Virus record (IMG/VR): IMGVR_UViG_3300050134_000089
Span: 1 to 39,738 of that record
From: a virus
Strand: one strand, 5' to 3'
Length of the DNA: 39,738 nt
In this document: positions 1 through 8,076 of the stretch, in pieces
Position numbering within the stretch: the first letter of the stretch is position 1
Layout: each line of letters opens with the position of its first letter
Position numbers and translations under genes: made by a program
The notes under the pieces: generated by a model
Told to the model about the DNA's origin: nothing
The model's input: only the letters and a program-made list of their open reading frames with translations
The model's database searches: none

Positions 1-127
1 TACTATCTCCTGCTGTCCACGGAGCATTCCAGGTATTCCAAGTAAATGGAATAGTAAGCCATGTAAATCCGGTAGACGGTTTGAATTGTCCATAAGTAGT
101 ATAACTTTCGTTAAACACAGCCCAAGA
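1..127. repeat. Terminal direct repeat, left copy (identical to 39612..39738)
   Basis: Bases 1..127 (tactatctcctgctgtccacgg...gttaaacacagcccaaga) recur exactly at 39612..39738. This is the signature of a circular or circularly permuted genome written out linearly (assembly overlap). Unique length is 39611 bp. Confidence 0.95.
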
Positions 128-1930
128 ATTGTCCCGATAATTGTAGAAGAATGTTTGTGTTGGGAAAATTGTCGTTGTCGTATTGCTTGGATAAGTGAAA
201 TAGATCCATTCATTAATAAAGTCTCTCTGTGCAGTAAACCTTTCGGCACCATTATTCGGAAGAGTGATCTCAAAGGCTTGATCAGGATTTAACAAATCGA
301 TTCTTTGGGCCCCCGTTTGATCTGTAATGATGTAACCACGGTTACCCCGACTTATGACGCCCTCATTCATTACAATCGCAGAAAAGGTGCTTGCTGATGA
401 CATTTCTGAATTCGTGACATAGAATTCAAATGGCAAGATATCATTACCGGTATAAATGATCTTGGTTTGCAGATTGCTTCCGAAACCAACAATCAAAGCG
501 TCTTGATTTGCGCCTACTGTGATAATCGGCTGTGATACGCCTGCTACGACGAATCCCCCATATCCTGTAATATTCGTAAAATATGAGTTAGCCGTTGAGG
601 TTTGATTAGGAGGAACTAAAATAGGGTTAAATACTGTAGATGTTAATGTTGGATCACCTGTAAATGAGGAAGTATAATAAGGAGTTCCATTTTGACTATA
701 GATTATAGTATCTTGCAAATACATCGGACTACCGATTGATGTCTGAATCACAGGGCCAAAAAACATCAAGCGATCTTTAAAAGGCAAGATTAACCTAGCA
801 CCCACAAGATAATATTGCGCAGGAGGAAGATCATCGATAGTAACAGCAGGTGTACTATTGGAAAAAAGAGGAGGCATGAAATTTACCCAACCAAGGGCAG
901 AGCCGGAACTGACTCCGTTTCCGTTCGTAGGGTCTCCATCATACCACCTGAGACAATCTTTAGTCGTATCTGATCTACTGGTTAAATATTGGGCTATTCC
1001 CCCTGATCCATTTGTAGCAATTGTAGCATTAGGAAATTCCACAATAACATTATTGGCATCTGTGACAGTAATCACATAACCTGTTTGAAAATTAATCCCC
1101 GTCGTCGTCAGAACTTCATTTATGAATACAAAATCACCAACGATTAATCCATGAGTTGCAATATTTAAATTAGCCGTAGCCGGAGGGCCACCCGCTATTA
1201 CAGTGACAGTAATAATCGGCTTAAATTGCATTCCAACATTTGATAAAACTATTGGATTAGTCTGGATGCCGTTAGTTTCCCAAAATGCCCCTTGATAGTT
1301 TGTAGACCAGAATTGCTGATAGTTTTGACCATTCCACCATAAAGATGTTTGAGTTCCTTTTGCTACATAACCCGGATAAGATCCGGTTGTTGGATTCGCG
1401 TAGAAACTTACATTATAGGGAGTATAAGGTGCCGTCGTAGGTATATTATAAGCATAAGTTGTATCGAAACCGAGCGTACCGGGATAAGAAGTGGGATTTA
1501 TGGATAATTCTTCGAGGCCCATCACAGGTAAAGTAGGATAATAAATAATAGGAGTTGCTACTATTGATCCTGTGATTATTAATTGCCCTGTAGTCCTATT
1601 TAAAACAGCCGTTCCTGAGCTATTAGTCAAAAGTGTTACTGGACTTGCACCGCCCGGGTCAACAAAGTCATCAGTACCAATGACAAAGGAAACAATGCCC
1701 GGCAAGATTGGATGAGGGGATATTGTAATCGTTGCATTACCGCTCCCATCTGTTGTGCCTATATTGATTTGAAGTTGACCTAGAGGTGTTGTCCCGCGCT
1801 TTCTTTTTACCCTTCCACGCCATTGATAAGCATTGATTAATACAGGAAAATTATCATTATCAATGACAAAAGGCTCTCTATTAGTTCTCTGACCCTGTTC
1901 AATCGGACCTACAACGAGTTTTTCAGGCAT
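1..1930 (-). CDS. Large virion/tail structural protein, N-terminal part; continues at 38545..39611 on the circular map (998 aa total)
   Basis: ATG at 1930. The minus frame stays open to the window edge (hand-translated start MPEKLVVGPIEQGQRTNREPFVIDNDNFPVLINAYQWRGRVKRKRGTTPLGQLQ...). 1930-118 is divisible by 3, so it is in frame with track ORF 38545..39729 through the terminal duplication. It is absent from the ORF track only because it has no stop inside the window. Size and position after the head genes suggest a tail tube/nozzle-type protein. Confidence 0.8.
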   Translation of the reverse strand, partial: MPEKLVVGPIEQGQRTNREPFVIDNDNFPVLINAYQWRGRVKRKRGTTPLGQLQINIGTTDGSGNATITISPHPILPGIVSFVIGTDDFVDPGGASPVTLLTNSSGTAVLNRTTGQLIITGSIVATPIIYYPTLPVMGLEELSINPTSYPGTLGFDTTYAYNIPTTAPYTPYNVSFYANPTTGSYPGYVAKGTQTSLWWNGQNYQQFWSTNYQGAFWETNGIQTNPIVLSNVGMQFKPIITVTVIAGGPPATANLNIATHGLIVGDFVFINEVLTTTGINFQTGYVITVTDANNVIVEFPNATIATNGSGGIAQYLTSRSDTTKDCLRWYDGDPTNGNGVSSGSALGWVNFMPPLFSNSTPAVTIDDLPPAQYYLVGARLILPFKDRLMFFGPVIQTSIGSPMYLQDTIIYSQNGTPYYTSSFTGDPTLTSTVFNPILVPPNQTSTANSYFTNITGYGGFVVAGVSQPIITVGANQDALIVGFGSNLQTKIIYTGNDILPFEFYVTNSEMSSASTFSAIVMNEGVISRGNRGYIITDQTGAQRIDLLNPDQAFEITLPNNGAERFTAQRDFINEWIYFTYPSNTTTTIFPTQTFFYNYRDNSWAVFNESYTTYGQFKPSTGFTWLTIPFTWNTWNAPWTAGDS

Positions 1931-1931
1931 A

Positions 1932-2564
1932 TCATCTACCTATTGCCCACCAGAAAAAATTAGTGTTTATTGGTACACCACTACTTACACTAATACTAAA
2001 AGTAGTTGCATTAATCAAATTGCCGCTGCATGCAAAATTATTGGGAAAAGTAAAAGCCTGAGTTGTTACTTGAATATTTGATGATTCAGTTGGAAAAGCT
2101 ACCGGAAAGGAAAAGTTCTGAGTTCCCGGGGATGAATTAGTGAAAGTTGCAATCCCCCATTGAAGCATGATGCCCCCAGGCAGAAAAGTAACACCTGAGG
2201 TTGTGCTAAATTTAGTAGGAGTTCCGGGACCTGTTAATTGAATACCTGTTGCTGTTGCACCTCTTACAAACCAAAATTCACCATTATTCCCATATGAACC
2301 CTCAGTTGTTAAAGATGCATATAGGGTCTCAAAACCCGCACCAATTAAAACAGGGGGAATAGCTCCATTACCGGGGGATGTAACCTCGGATATCTGAACT
2401 TTATTATGAGAACCCGGGTTAATGATACCAAAAGTGTAATGATCCGTTTGCCAAATCGAATTAATCGAATTGGTGTTTGTTGTCATATTATTGACATCTT
2501 GCGAAGGATCATTTGAAGCAACGGGCAGATTTAATGTGTATGGTAGAGGTGAAATACTTGGCAT
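1932..2564 (-). CDS. Tail-fibre-like protein with gp53-like C-terminal domain
   Basis: 210-aa ORF tightly packed in the virion operon. The C-terminus ...FLPGGIMLQWGIATF...FSFPVAFP...FFWWAIGR matches the conserved ..QWG..FP.AFP..W.AIG pattern of gp53-like tail-fibre C-terminal domains (recalled, not searched). Confidence 0.6.
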   Translation of the reverse strand: MPSISPLPYTLNLPVASNDPSQDVNNMTTNTNSINSIWQTDHYTFGIINPGSHNKVQISEVTSPGNGAIPPVLIGAGFETLYASLTTEGSYGNNGEFWFVRGATATGIQLTGPGTPTKFSTTSGVTFLPGGIMLQWGIATFTNSSPGTQNFSFPVAFPTESSNIQVTTQAFTFPNNFACSGNLINATTFSISVSSGVPINTNFFWWAIGR

Positions 2565-2566
2565 AT

Positions 2567-3757
2567 TTAAGTTCCTATCGATGATTGATTATTATTCCCA
2601 TGGAAACCTGAATTGCTAAATATCGTAGGTGTTCGTGTGGCTGTCCATTGTCTTTGACTTCGTTTCCAAATTAACGTCTCTTGTTCTCTAAATAATTGCT
2701 CATAAAAGTTAAATTGTTCCACATCTCCTACATCTGAAAGAACCTTTCTGGCTGATCCTCGAGCTATATATTCTGTCATATACCCAAAAGGAATAGCGTT
2801 TGATGTTGTTAGGAAAGCCGCAGGTGTCAAATAAGTTTCAATTTCAACTAGATATTGTGTATTTGGCGGCGGTCTCAAAGTCAAAGTATTATTGAAATAT
2901 AGAATTGCTCTTGGTATACCGGGTTGAAAAAAGTAGCACTGAGAACTAATAGGCGTTCCTTCAGGAATGGAATTGGGAAATGTAACTGAAGCTAGACCCG
3001 TATTATAGTTCACTGTGTTTAAAGTAGTGGTATATCCTCCAACTAATGGGAGATTCCCATTTGGTGCCTGGCCGGGAATCATTAACAGGCCATATAGATC
3101 TCCTCCGGTTCCACTTTGCAGAAACTGACCGGAATCGGATACGATAATGTTTTGTCCATTATCGGCGGTTGCCGTGAAATAGACTCCCGGAAATACGTTT
3201 GCCGATGGAACTGTCTGGATAAATGGATCGTTATTAGTTATTTGAGTATTCGTGATATAGATAGGATCTTGATAGGTATTAAATTGATTTGCATAAGCTA
3301 TGATTCCGGTAATGTCCACATGACCAGGCAAAACAGGAAAAAAAGGCAAGTTAAGGCTATAAGGACCGCTAGTACCATCGCCTGTACCTACTTGTACTTG
3401 TTGTTGAGTATAGTTGGGCCAAATATCGTAAAAACCCATTGTTTGAGTGTAAAGAGAAATATTGATTCCATTCACTCTCGCAGGCATCAAGAAGCCTTGA
3501 TAGACAGGGAACCAGGCAATCGTTTGAGCACCCGGTTGTGTCTGTAAATTATAAAGAGGCATATTGTACTGATCAATTCCCGGAGTCGTTTGAAATTGAT
3601 AGGTTGTTTTGAAATCAAACAATTGAATTCTTGCATCCATATCCATCAACATGAAACGATTGACATAATCGATAAGAAGATTATCTGATATCTCTGTATT
3701 ATTTGGAGATTTGACAATTCTACGTATGTACGTCAATATATCCTGGAGCATGTTCAT
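2567..3757 (-). CDS. Virion structural protein (tail/adaptor module), function unassigned
   Basis: 396-aa ORF. Its start overlaps the upstream stop (TAATG). It lies between small head-associated proteins and tail-fibre-like genes. No diagnostic motif recognised. Confidence 0.6.
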   Translation of the reverse strand: MNMLQDILTYIRRIVKSPNNTEISDNLLIDYVNRFMLMDMDARIQLFDFKTTYQFQTTPGIDQYNMPLYNLQTQPGAQTIAWFPVYQGFLMPARVNGINISLYTQTMGFYDIWPNYTQQQVQVGTGDGTSGPYSLNLPFFPVLPGHVDITGIIAYANQFNTYQDPIYITNTQITNNDPFIQTVPSANVFPGVYFTATADNGQNIIVSDSGQFLQSGTGGDLYGLLMIPGQAPNGNLPLVGGYTTTLNTVNYNTGLASVTFPNSIPEGTPISSQCYFFQPGIPRAILYFNNTLTLRPPPNTQYLVEIETYLTPAAFLTTSNAIPFGYMTEYIARGSARKVLSDVGDVEQFNFYEQLFREQETLIWKRSQRQWTATRTPTIFSNSGFHGNNNQSSIGT

Positions 3758-3933
3758 TACTTTTTACCCACTTTCATCCCTTTTTTCCTAGCCGAAGATA
3801 ATGAGATTGCAATTGCTTGCTTAGGGTTTGTTACTTCAGGACCTTTCTTACTTCCTGAATGTAACATTCCCTCTTTGAATTTATGCATCTCTTTCTTTAC
3901 GAATTTCTGAGCTTTTTTGGATTCTTTAGCCAT
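3757..3933 (-). CDS. Small basic protein, DUF6496-like (58 aa)
   Basis: Hand-translated MAKESKKAQKFVKKEMHKFKEGMLHSGSKKGPEVTNPKQAIAISLSSARKKGMKVGKK. The core EMHxFKEGxLxSG...QAIAIxLSxARKxG resembles the DUF6496 family (recalled). TAATG coupling at both ends. Below the 60-aa track cutoff. Confidence 0.6.
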   Translation of the reverse strand: MAKESKKAQKFVKKEMHKFKEGMLHSGSKKGPEVTNPKQAIAISLSSARKKGMKVGKK

Positions 3934-4058
3934 TATCGTTTAGCCATTTTTTCTTTCATAGCTGTCATAGGCGGCTCTTTATGACCTTTTTTAGAATCGT
4001 GTTTCTTTTCCATCTCTTTTTCATGATGTTTATGTTTTTCTTTTTCATGCTTTGGCAT
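3933..4058 (-). CDS. His/Lys/Glu-rich micro-protein (41 aa)
   Basis: Hand-translated MPKHEKEKHKHHEKEMEKKHDSKKGHKEPPMTAMKEKMAKR. A strong SD (AAGGAG) lies 7 nt upstream of the ATG at 4058. The stop overlaps the next ATG (TAATG). Confidence 0.5.
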   Translation of the reverse strand: MPKHEKEKHKHHEKEMEKKHDSKKGHKEPPMTAMKEKMAKR

Positions 4059-4070
4059 AAGTTATCTCCT

Positions 4071-4631
4071 TTAATTAAATATTCTATGGCCCATATTGAT
4101 TCTTTTTGATCTAGAAATATCCCTTGTACATAGACGCTGGCGCCTTTCTTCAGCCACTAATTGACCGTAATAGGTAACACCTTCTTCCTTACCCGTTCTA
4201 GTATCATTGGTTACAAACACTGTATATCCACATTCATCCAAACGATCTCTAACATATTTTGGAGCACTTACAGGAATATTAACCGGTATCACCCACTCTT
4301 CTACAGACATCCCGGGAAAGAGTTTTAAACATAGATCGATCGTTTCACCTTTAACTTCATTATTCTCCGCAATAAATTCAACATACTCTTTTTTTTGATT
4401 ATATTCATCGCGAAACTTTTCATTAAATTTTTCTTTAGATGGAAATGTTCTTTTAGGCTTCAGATATCTTATGGAACTCTTTTCTAAATCGACTTGAGCG
4501 ATCTTAGTTTGAGGCTCAGTTTCTTTCGAGGCAATCGTTCGATCAACTTCAACTTCGACCGATTTTTTAATTTGATCTTCTACGAGATCTAACTGTTCTT
4601 CGCCAGCTGCATTTAATTTTGGACGTACCAT
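4071..4631 (-). CDS. Hypothetical protein of the virion module (186 aa)
   Basis: Track ORF, same strand, 2-nt gap to the upstream gene. Charged N-terminal half. No motif recognised. Confidence 0.55.
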   Translation of the reverse strand: MVRPKLNAAGEEQLDLVEDQIKKSVEVEVDRTIASKETEPQTKIAQVDLEKSSIRYLKPKRTFPSKEKFNEKFRDEYNQKKEYVEFIAENNEVKGETIDLCLKLFPGMSVEEWVIPVNIPVSAPKYVRDRLDECGYTVFVTNDTRTGKEEGVTYYGQLVAEERRQRLCTRDISRSKRINMGHRIFN

Positions 4632-4633
4632 AT

Positions 4634-5062
4634 TTACTCCGGTGAAATGTTTATAAAGGCTCCTGGAATAGATGTAGATGTATCCTTATTTCCATGACTA
4701 TTGATAGCGCCTGTATTCACATCCCCTATAGCTAATATTTGAGGCTGATTATGGGCTGTTGAAGTCTTGAAAGGGTCTACATTCATTGCAGAGTTGATAT
4801 TCAAAATGACTTGGTTTGGATTTGGTATTGAAATGACGTCGCCTTGGACTTCATCCAATTGTCTACATCCATTGAGATAAGGAATGATTAATCTACAGGT
4901 ATTTCCAACCACATAATCATGATTAACGGATGTTGTCACTGTAGTTGTAGAACCCAATGTAATTGCAGATATAAAAAAAACCCTTGGTTGATAGAACTGA
5001 GGCTCTATCGGTAAATTATTAAACAGTGCTATTGGACCAATATAGGGATAAGGAAAAGCCAT
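4634..5062 (-). CDS. Virion structural protein carrying one copy of the shared T..T...H(G/D)(L/Y)..G module
   Basis: 142-aa ORF with SD GGAGGA upstream. It contains TTVTTSVNHDYVVGNTCRLIIPYLNG...QVILNINS, a module also seen in 5138..6274 and twice in the 998-aa protein. Confidence 0.6.
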   Translation of the reverse strand: MAFPYPYIGPIALFNNLPIEPQFYQPRVFFISAITLGSTTTVTTSVNHDYVVGNTCRLIIPYLNGCRQLDEVQGDVISIPNPNQVILNINSAMNVDPFKTSTAHNQPQILAIGDVNTGAINSHGNKDTSTSIPGAFINISPE

Positions 5063-5076
5063 TCATCCTCCATAGA

Positions 5077-5103
5077 GGGGCAGAGCCAATTTAGCTCTAC
5101 CCC
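5077..5103 (-). promoter_or_regulatory. Intergenic 10-bp stem-loop between two virion genes (mRNA-level element or weak terminator)
   Basis: In the coding sense: GGGGUAGAGC-uaaauug-GCUCUGCCCC (one G-U pair), immediately upstream of the SD of gene 4634..5062. No U-tract follows, so it is not a classic intrinsic terminator. Confidence 0.4.
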
Positions 5104-5137
5104 AATTCTTATGCAGTCAGATCACGACAACATATAT

Positions 5138-6274
5138 TTATGTATTGAGATCGTGAAGGTAAGCGCGCCAAAAGATCGTATCGGCGGCTGTCCCTGCTAC
5201 GGCAGACCCGATAATAAATCCTTGGAACGTAGCATTAATATAAGCACCCTGAATACCAGGTCCATTAATCGTACTAACAGCAGTAGTTGAATACCCATTA
5301 TATACTGTTGGAGAAGGATATAAAGCCGCTCCGGTATATGGGAAACCACCACTATTAATATCTCCGGTTGCAACGACTTTAGCAAATGCAAGTCCAGGGA
5401 ATGACGTAAATGTTGGGTTAGCAACAGAAAACGCCGTTAAGGTTCCTGAATAATTAAATGTAAAGCTTGTTGAACTTGGTACAGTAGTCACATAGAAATA
5501 CTGTGGCGATGCAGGAATCACATTATTGGGAAGTTCATTCAATTGGCCTCCGCCATAGATTGAAGGAAGTTTAAATGCAATTTCTTGACCTATCTGGAAA
5601 TTGTGAGGAGCTGTTGTATTAACAGTCACAACACCAGCAGTAAGACTAATAGACCAAGGATATGCAACTCCTGGAGCATATAAAACGGGATATAAGATTT
5701 GCTTAAATCCTGCAATAAATGCACCTGCCGGCTCATATCCACCAGCTGTAATTGCTGTTAGGTTTGCTGCATTACCTACCCAACCTACTGTAAAAGTAGT
5801 CGTAGATGCTGAAGTCAATACCATAAACGGAATGCCGGCTAATTGCTGCATACCGGTAGTAGCGGTTTGATATAGGTTTTGGAAAACAACCCAATTACCT
5901 GGAACCAATCCATGTGCTGCGGTTGTAGTAACCGTAAGCACTGTTGCGCTTGTCTTTGCAATACCTCCTGAACCATTCAATAATTGAAGAGCTCCATATT
6001 GTAATGACAAACCGGCTTGGATAGTTGAAAATCCGGTACCTGTAGTACTAGAAATAAAACTGGTTCCATCCGCAGGTCCTGCACCCGTAGTAACCGCAAA
6101 AGCAGCTCCTTGGCCCATATCGGACATCCACCATGCTCGTGTAACGCCAGATGCGGCAGTTGCACGAGTAGAATTTGAAATCTCGATAAATGTCGGAGCA
6201 AAAGGACATACAACCACTGTTTGACCACCGGCTGATACTACTTGCCCACTAGCTAATCTGGAATATTCTGCCAT
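5138..6274 (-). CDS. Virion structural protein directly downstream of the capsid gene (decoration or head-associated candidate), two copies of the shared module
   Basis: 378-aa ORF with SD AGGAGG. It contains VLTVTTTAAHGLVPGNWVVFQN...TTFTVGW and VVTVNTTAPHNFQIGQEIAFKL...TSFTFNY. The role is inferred from position only. Confidence 0.6.
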   Translation of the reverse strand: MAEYSRLASGQVVSAGGQTVVVCPFAPTFIEISNSTRATAASGVTRAWWMSDMGQGAAFAVTTGAGPADGTSFISSTTGTGFSTIQAGLSLQYGALQLLNGSGGIAKTSATVLTVTTTAAHGLVPGNWVVFQNLYQTATTGMQQLAGIPFMVLTSASTTTFTVGWVGNAANLTAITAGGYEPAGAFIAGFKQILYPVLYAPGVAYPWSISLTAGVVTVNTTAPHNFQIGQEIAFKLPSIYGGGQLNELPNNVIPASPQYFYVTTVPSSTSFTFNYSGTLTAFSVANPTFTSFPGLAFAKVVATGDINSGGFPYTGAALYPSPTVYNGYSTTAVSTINGPGIQGAYINATFQGFIIGSAVAGTAADTIFWRAYLHDLNT

Positions 6275-6284
6275 ATGAAACCTC

Positions 6285-6707
6285 CTATATTAAGTTCGCG
6301 AGACGCGTACTTAGAACGTTTCGGATCGCAGTATCTTGCGTGATTCCTTGAGCCTGAGCGAATTTAACCGCTAAGGTAGCATTCTGAGCAAGCATTCCAG
6401 AATAGTATGGATCACGATAAATCAGGTTCATGCTATACCCATCCTGATTGATGTGCGTAATCGCCTGTTTACCTAATACCGTGTTATAGTAAAGGTCATT
6501 ACCGTTTGCTGATGCACCACGAGCTACAGGAGCTTCTGAACTGGTCAGAATACGGGTGTTAAAAACAGACCCATATTCAGAGGGAAGCGCAGACGCATTT
6601 GTTGGATAGTTCCATTGAGACAAGAATCCTGACCCTACTAATGAGTCAAAATCTGTCTGCAATTCTGTTGAGCTAAGCATAAAATATGCTGATCTCACAG
6701 GGCCTGT
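6285..6707 (-). CDS. Major capsid protein, exon 4 of 4
   Basis: TGPVRSAYFMLSSTELQ...NVLSTRLANLI*. It begins right after the terminal G of intron C (GGUAACAGAAUUG|ACA). The frame is the same as track ORF 6285..6722. Confidence 0.75.
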   Translation of the reverse strand, partial: TGPVRSAYFMLSSTELQTDFDSLVGSGFLSQWNYPTNASALPSEYGSVFNTRILTSSEAPVARGASANGNDLYYNTVLGKQAITHINQDGYSMNLIYRDPYYSGMLAQNATLAVKFAQAQGITQDTAIRNVLSTRLANLI

Positions 6708-7043
6708 CAATTCTGTTACCACCTTATAGAGGCGAGTAGGTCATTTCTGCCTACTTCTCGGATTTTATTTATATTCCGAGTTCGGACTATCGCATACGTT
6801 ATTTCTAACGTCTTCGGGATTTAGTCTCTCAGGCTGATATGAATATTTAAGATGGTTATTCCAAGAATCGATAATCTCTTTTGCAGCTTCTTCACTTCCG
6901 AAAAACTCTGCAAAGGATTGAGTCGTGATTACTTTACCATCTTTATGTTCTTCTTTCATATCTTGCCCCTTGTTAACCTTCTATGCTGCCATAGCAAGGC
7001 ACTCCAAGTCAATTACCCAAAGTTTTAATTCGGCACACATTTT
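6708..7043 (-). mobile_element. Group I-like intron C in the capsid gene (336 nt)
   Basis: P1 hairpin AUUCGGU-aaaaugugu-GCCGAAU (7050..7028) with a U-G wobble at the phase-0 splice site. Shared blocks UUGACUUGGA and AACAAGGGGCAAGAU, hairpin GUAGG-cagaaauga-CCUAC, and 3' end GGUAACAGAAUUG. Contains ORF 6765..6959. Confidence 0.7.
6765..6959 (-). CDS. Intron C-encoded small protein (64 aa), homolog of the intron A ORF
   Basis: SD-like AAGGGG 8 nt upstream. FAEFFGSEEAAKEIIDSW...YSYQPERLNPEDV aligns with THIFDSYDECIDIIRQICRYNQPERSKREDV of ORF 8249..8572. No known homing-endonuclease motif seen. Confidence 0.55.
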   Translation of the reverse strand: MKEEHKDGKVITTQSFAEFFGSEEAAKEIIDSWNNHLKYSYQPERLNPEDVRNNVCDSPNSEYK

Positions 7044-7220
7044 ACCGAATCTATCCATACCCTCGATACCGCTCATAAATTTATAAGCATTGTTGGTATC
7101 AAGAGTCGTAGCCACTAAACTAAAGTCACTAATACCTAGGTTAGTTGGATTATCACCATTGGAACCACCACCAGCATTAATCTGGGAAGCAGCTGAAACA
7201 ATATAATCACGCAAAATTAG
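7044..7220 (-). CDS. Major capsid protein, exon 3 of 4
   Basis: LILRDYIVSAASQINAGGGSNGDNPTNLGISDFSLVATTLDTNNAYKFMSGIEGMDRFG. It starts after the intron B terminal G (7221) and ends at U7044 in the P1 of intron C. Track ORF 6981..7223 runs on into intron C. Confidence 0.75.
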
Positions 7221-7911
7221 CAATCTGTTACTTTTGTGACCTGTTCTTTATACAGGCGGAGAAACCTCTTCGGATCTCTCTCTCATAGTTACCTATGAGT
7301 TCAGACTTTCGCATCTCTATTTCTAGAGTCCAACCGCTAAGTCGTTCACGGTGGTATTAAATTACCATTTATGTTAACCTTTAAGAAAAGGAGAACACTC
7401 ATGTGGACAAACGAACAACTTGCCTATCTTGCTGGAGTAATCGACGGTGAAGGCACGATTTACGTTTCTAAAAGAAAAAATCGCGGTCTTGATGATTATT
7501 GGCCAAGAGTACAAATTGTAAATACCAACAAACCAATGATGGTATATATCCACAATACGTTTGGTGGTCTTTTTTACGAAAAGAATAGGAGTAAGCATTC
7601 CAAAAAATGGAAAACACAATATGAATGGGTTACAAATCGAACCCTTATGGATATCATATTGCCTTTGGTTATTCCCTATCTCATCTGCAAAAAACCGCAA
7701 GCTGAATTGATGATAAAATTTAGAGATACCTTTCAGAAAAACACCAAAATTCGTGTCTCTCAAGAAGTTTTGACTCTTAGAATCGATATTTTTCATCAAA
7801 TGCAATCCTTAAACAAACGTGGCATTTAAAACCTTCCGCCTTGTTGCCCTTTCACCAGGGTGATAAGGATTTCCAAGTCAATCAGGTTAGATTTATCGAG
7901 GACTAATTTTA
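7221..7911 (-). mobile_element. Group I-like intron B in the capsid gene (691 nt) with antisense LAGLIDADG gene
   Basis: P1 hairpin GAGGAU-uaaaauua-GUCCUC (7917..7898) with a U-G at the phase-0 site. AUAAAUCU..CUGAUUGACUUGGAA block nearly identical to intron A. GNRA hairpins CUCUA-GAAA-UAGAG and CUCAUAG-GUAA-CUAUGAG. 3' end AAGUAACAGAUUG. The P1 loop is complementary to the start of exon 3 (UAAUUUUG), which is P10-like. Confidence 0.7.
7401..7829 (+). CDS. LAGLIDADG homing endonuclease (single-motif, about 142 aa), antisense to its host intron
   Basis: MWTNEQLAYLAGVIDGEGTIYV... carries the LAGLIDADG motif (LAGVIDGEG). AAGGAG SD 8 nt upstream of the ATG at 7401 (the track start 7371 is less likely). 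The size fits homodimeric I-CreI-type enzymes. Confidence 0.8.
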   Translation: MWTNEQLAYLAGVIDGEGTIYVSKRKNRGLDDYWPRVQIVNTNKPMMVYIHNTFGGLFYEKNRSKHSKKWKTQYEWVTNRTLMDIILPLVIPYLICKKPQAELMIKFRDTFQKNTKIRVSQEVLTLRIDIFHQMQSLNKRGI

Positions 7912-8076
7912 ATCCTCGGCTTGGCGCATGGCTACAGCAAGTCTTTCACTCACCCAAGCCAATACCTTTTACGCCGCAGCTAAGAGGGCGTATTCACCCT
8001 CCTGATCTTGAAGTATCACCTGTTCATTGATGATACAACCAGTTCCAAAAAAAGCCATTTGCGCATCGATTATGTC
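7912..8076 (-). CDS. Major capsid protein, exon 2 of 4 (contains in-frame TAA at 7969..7971)
   Basis: DIIDAQMAFFGTGCIINEQVILQDQEGEYALLAAA[TAA]KVLAWVSERLAVAMRQAED. It starts after the intron A terminal G (8077) and ends at U7912. The sequence on both sides of the TAA reads as a continuous capsid E-loop/spine-helix region in one frame. Confidence 0.65.

Noticed and set aside
4970-4996. Sequence resembling a Hin/Gin crossover site (minus strand TTCTATCAACCAAGGGTTTTTTTTAT versus hix TTCTTGAAAACCAAGGTTTTTGATAA).
   Set aside because: It is a single copy inside a structural gene, the half-site spacing is off by one, and I found no partner site in inverted orientation. It is probably a chance match in AT-rich DNA.
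7374-7805. 143-aa minus-strand ORF inside intron B, which would put an intron ORF on the same strand as the capsid gene.
   Set aside because: It has no protein-like motifs and odd composition. It is the mirror image of the plus-strand ORF, which has a clear LAGLIDADG motif and SD, so it is a shadow ORF.
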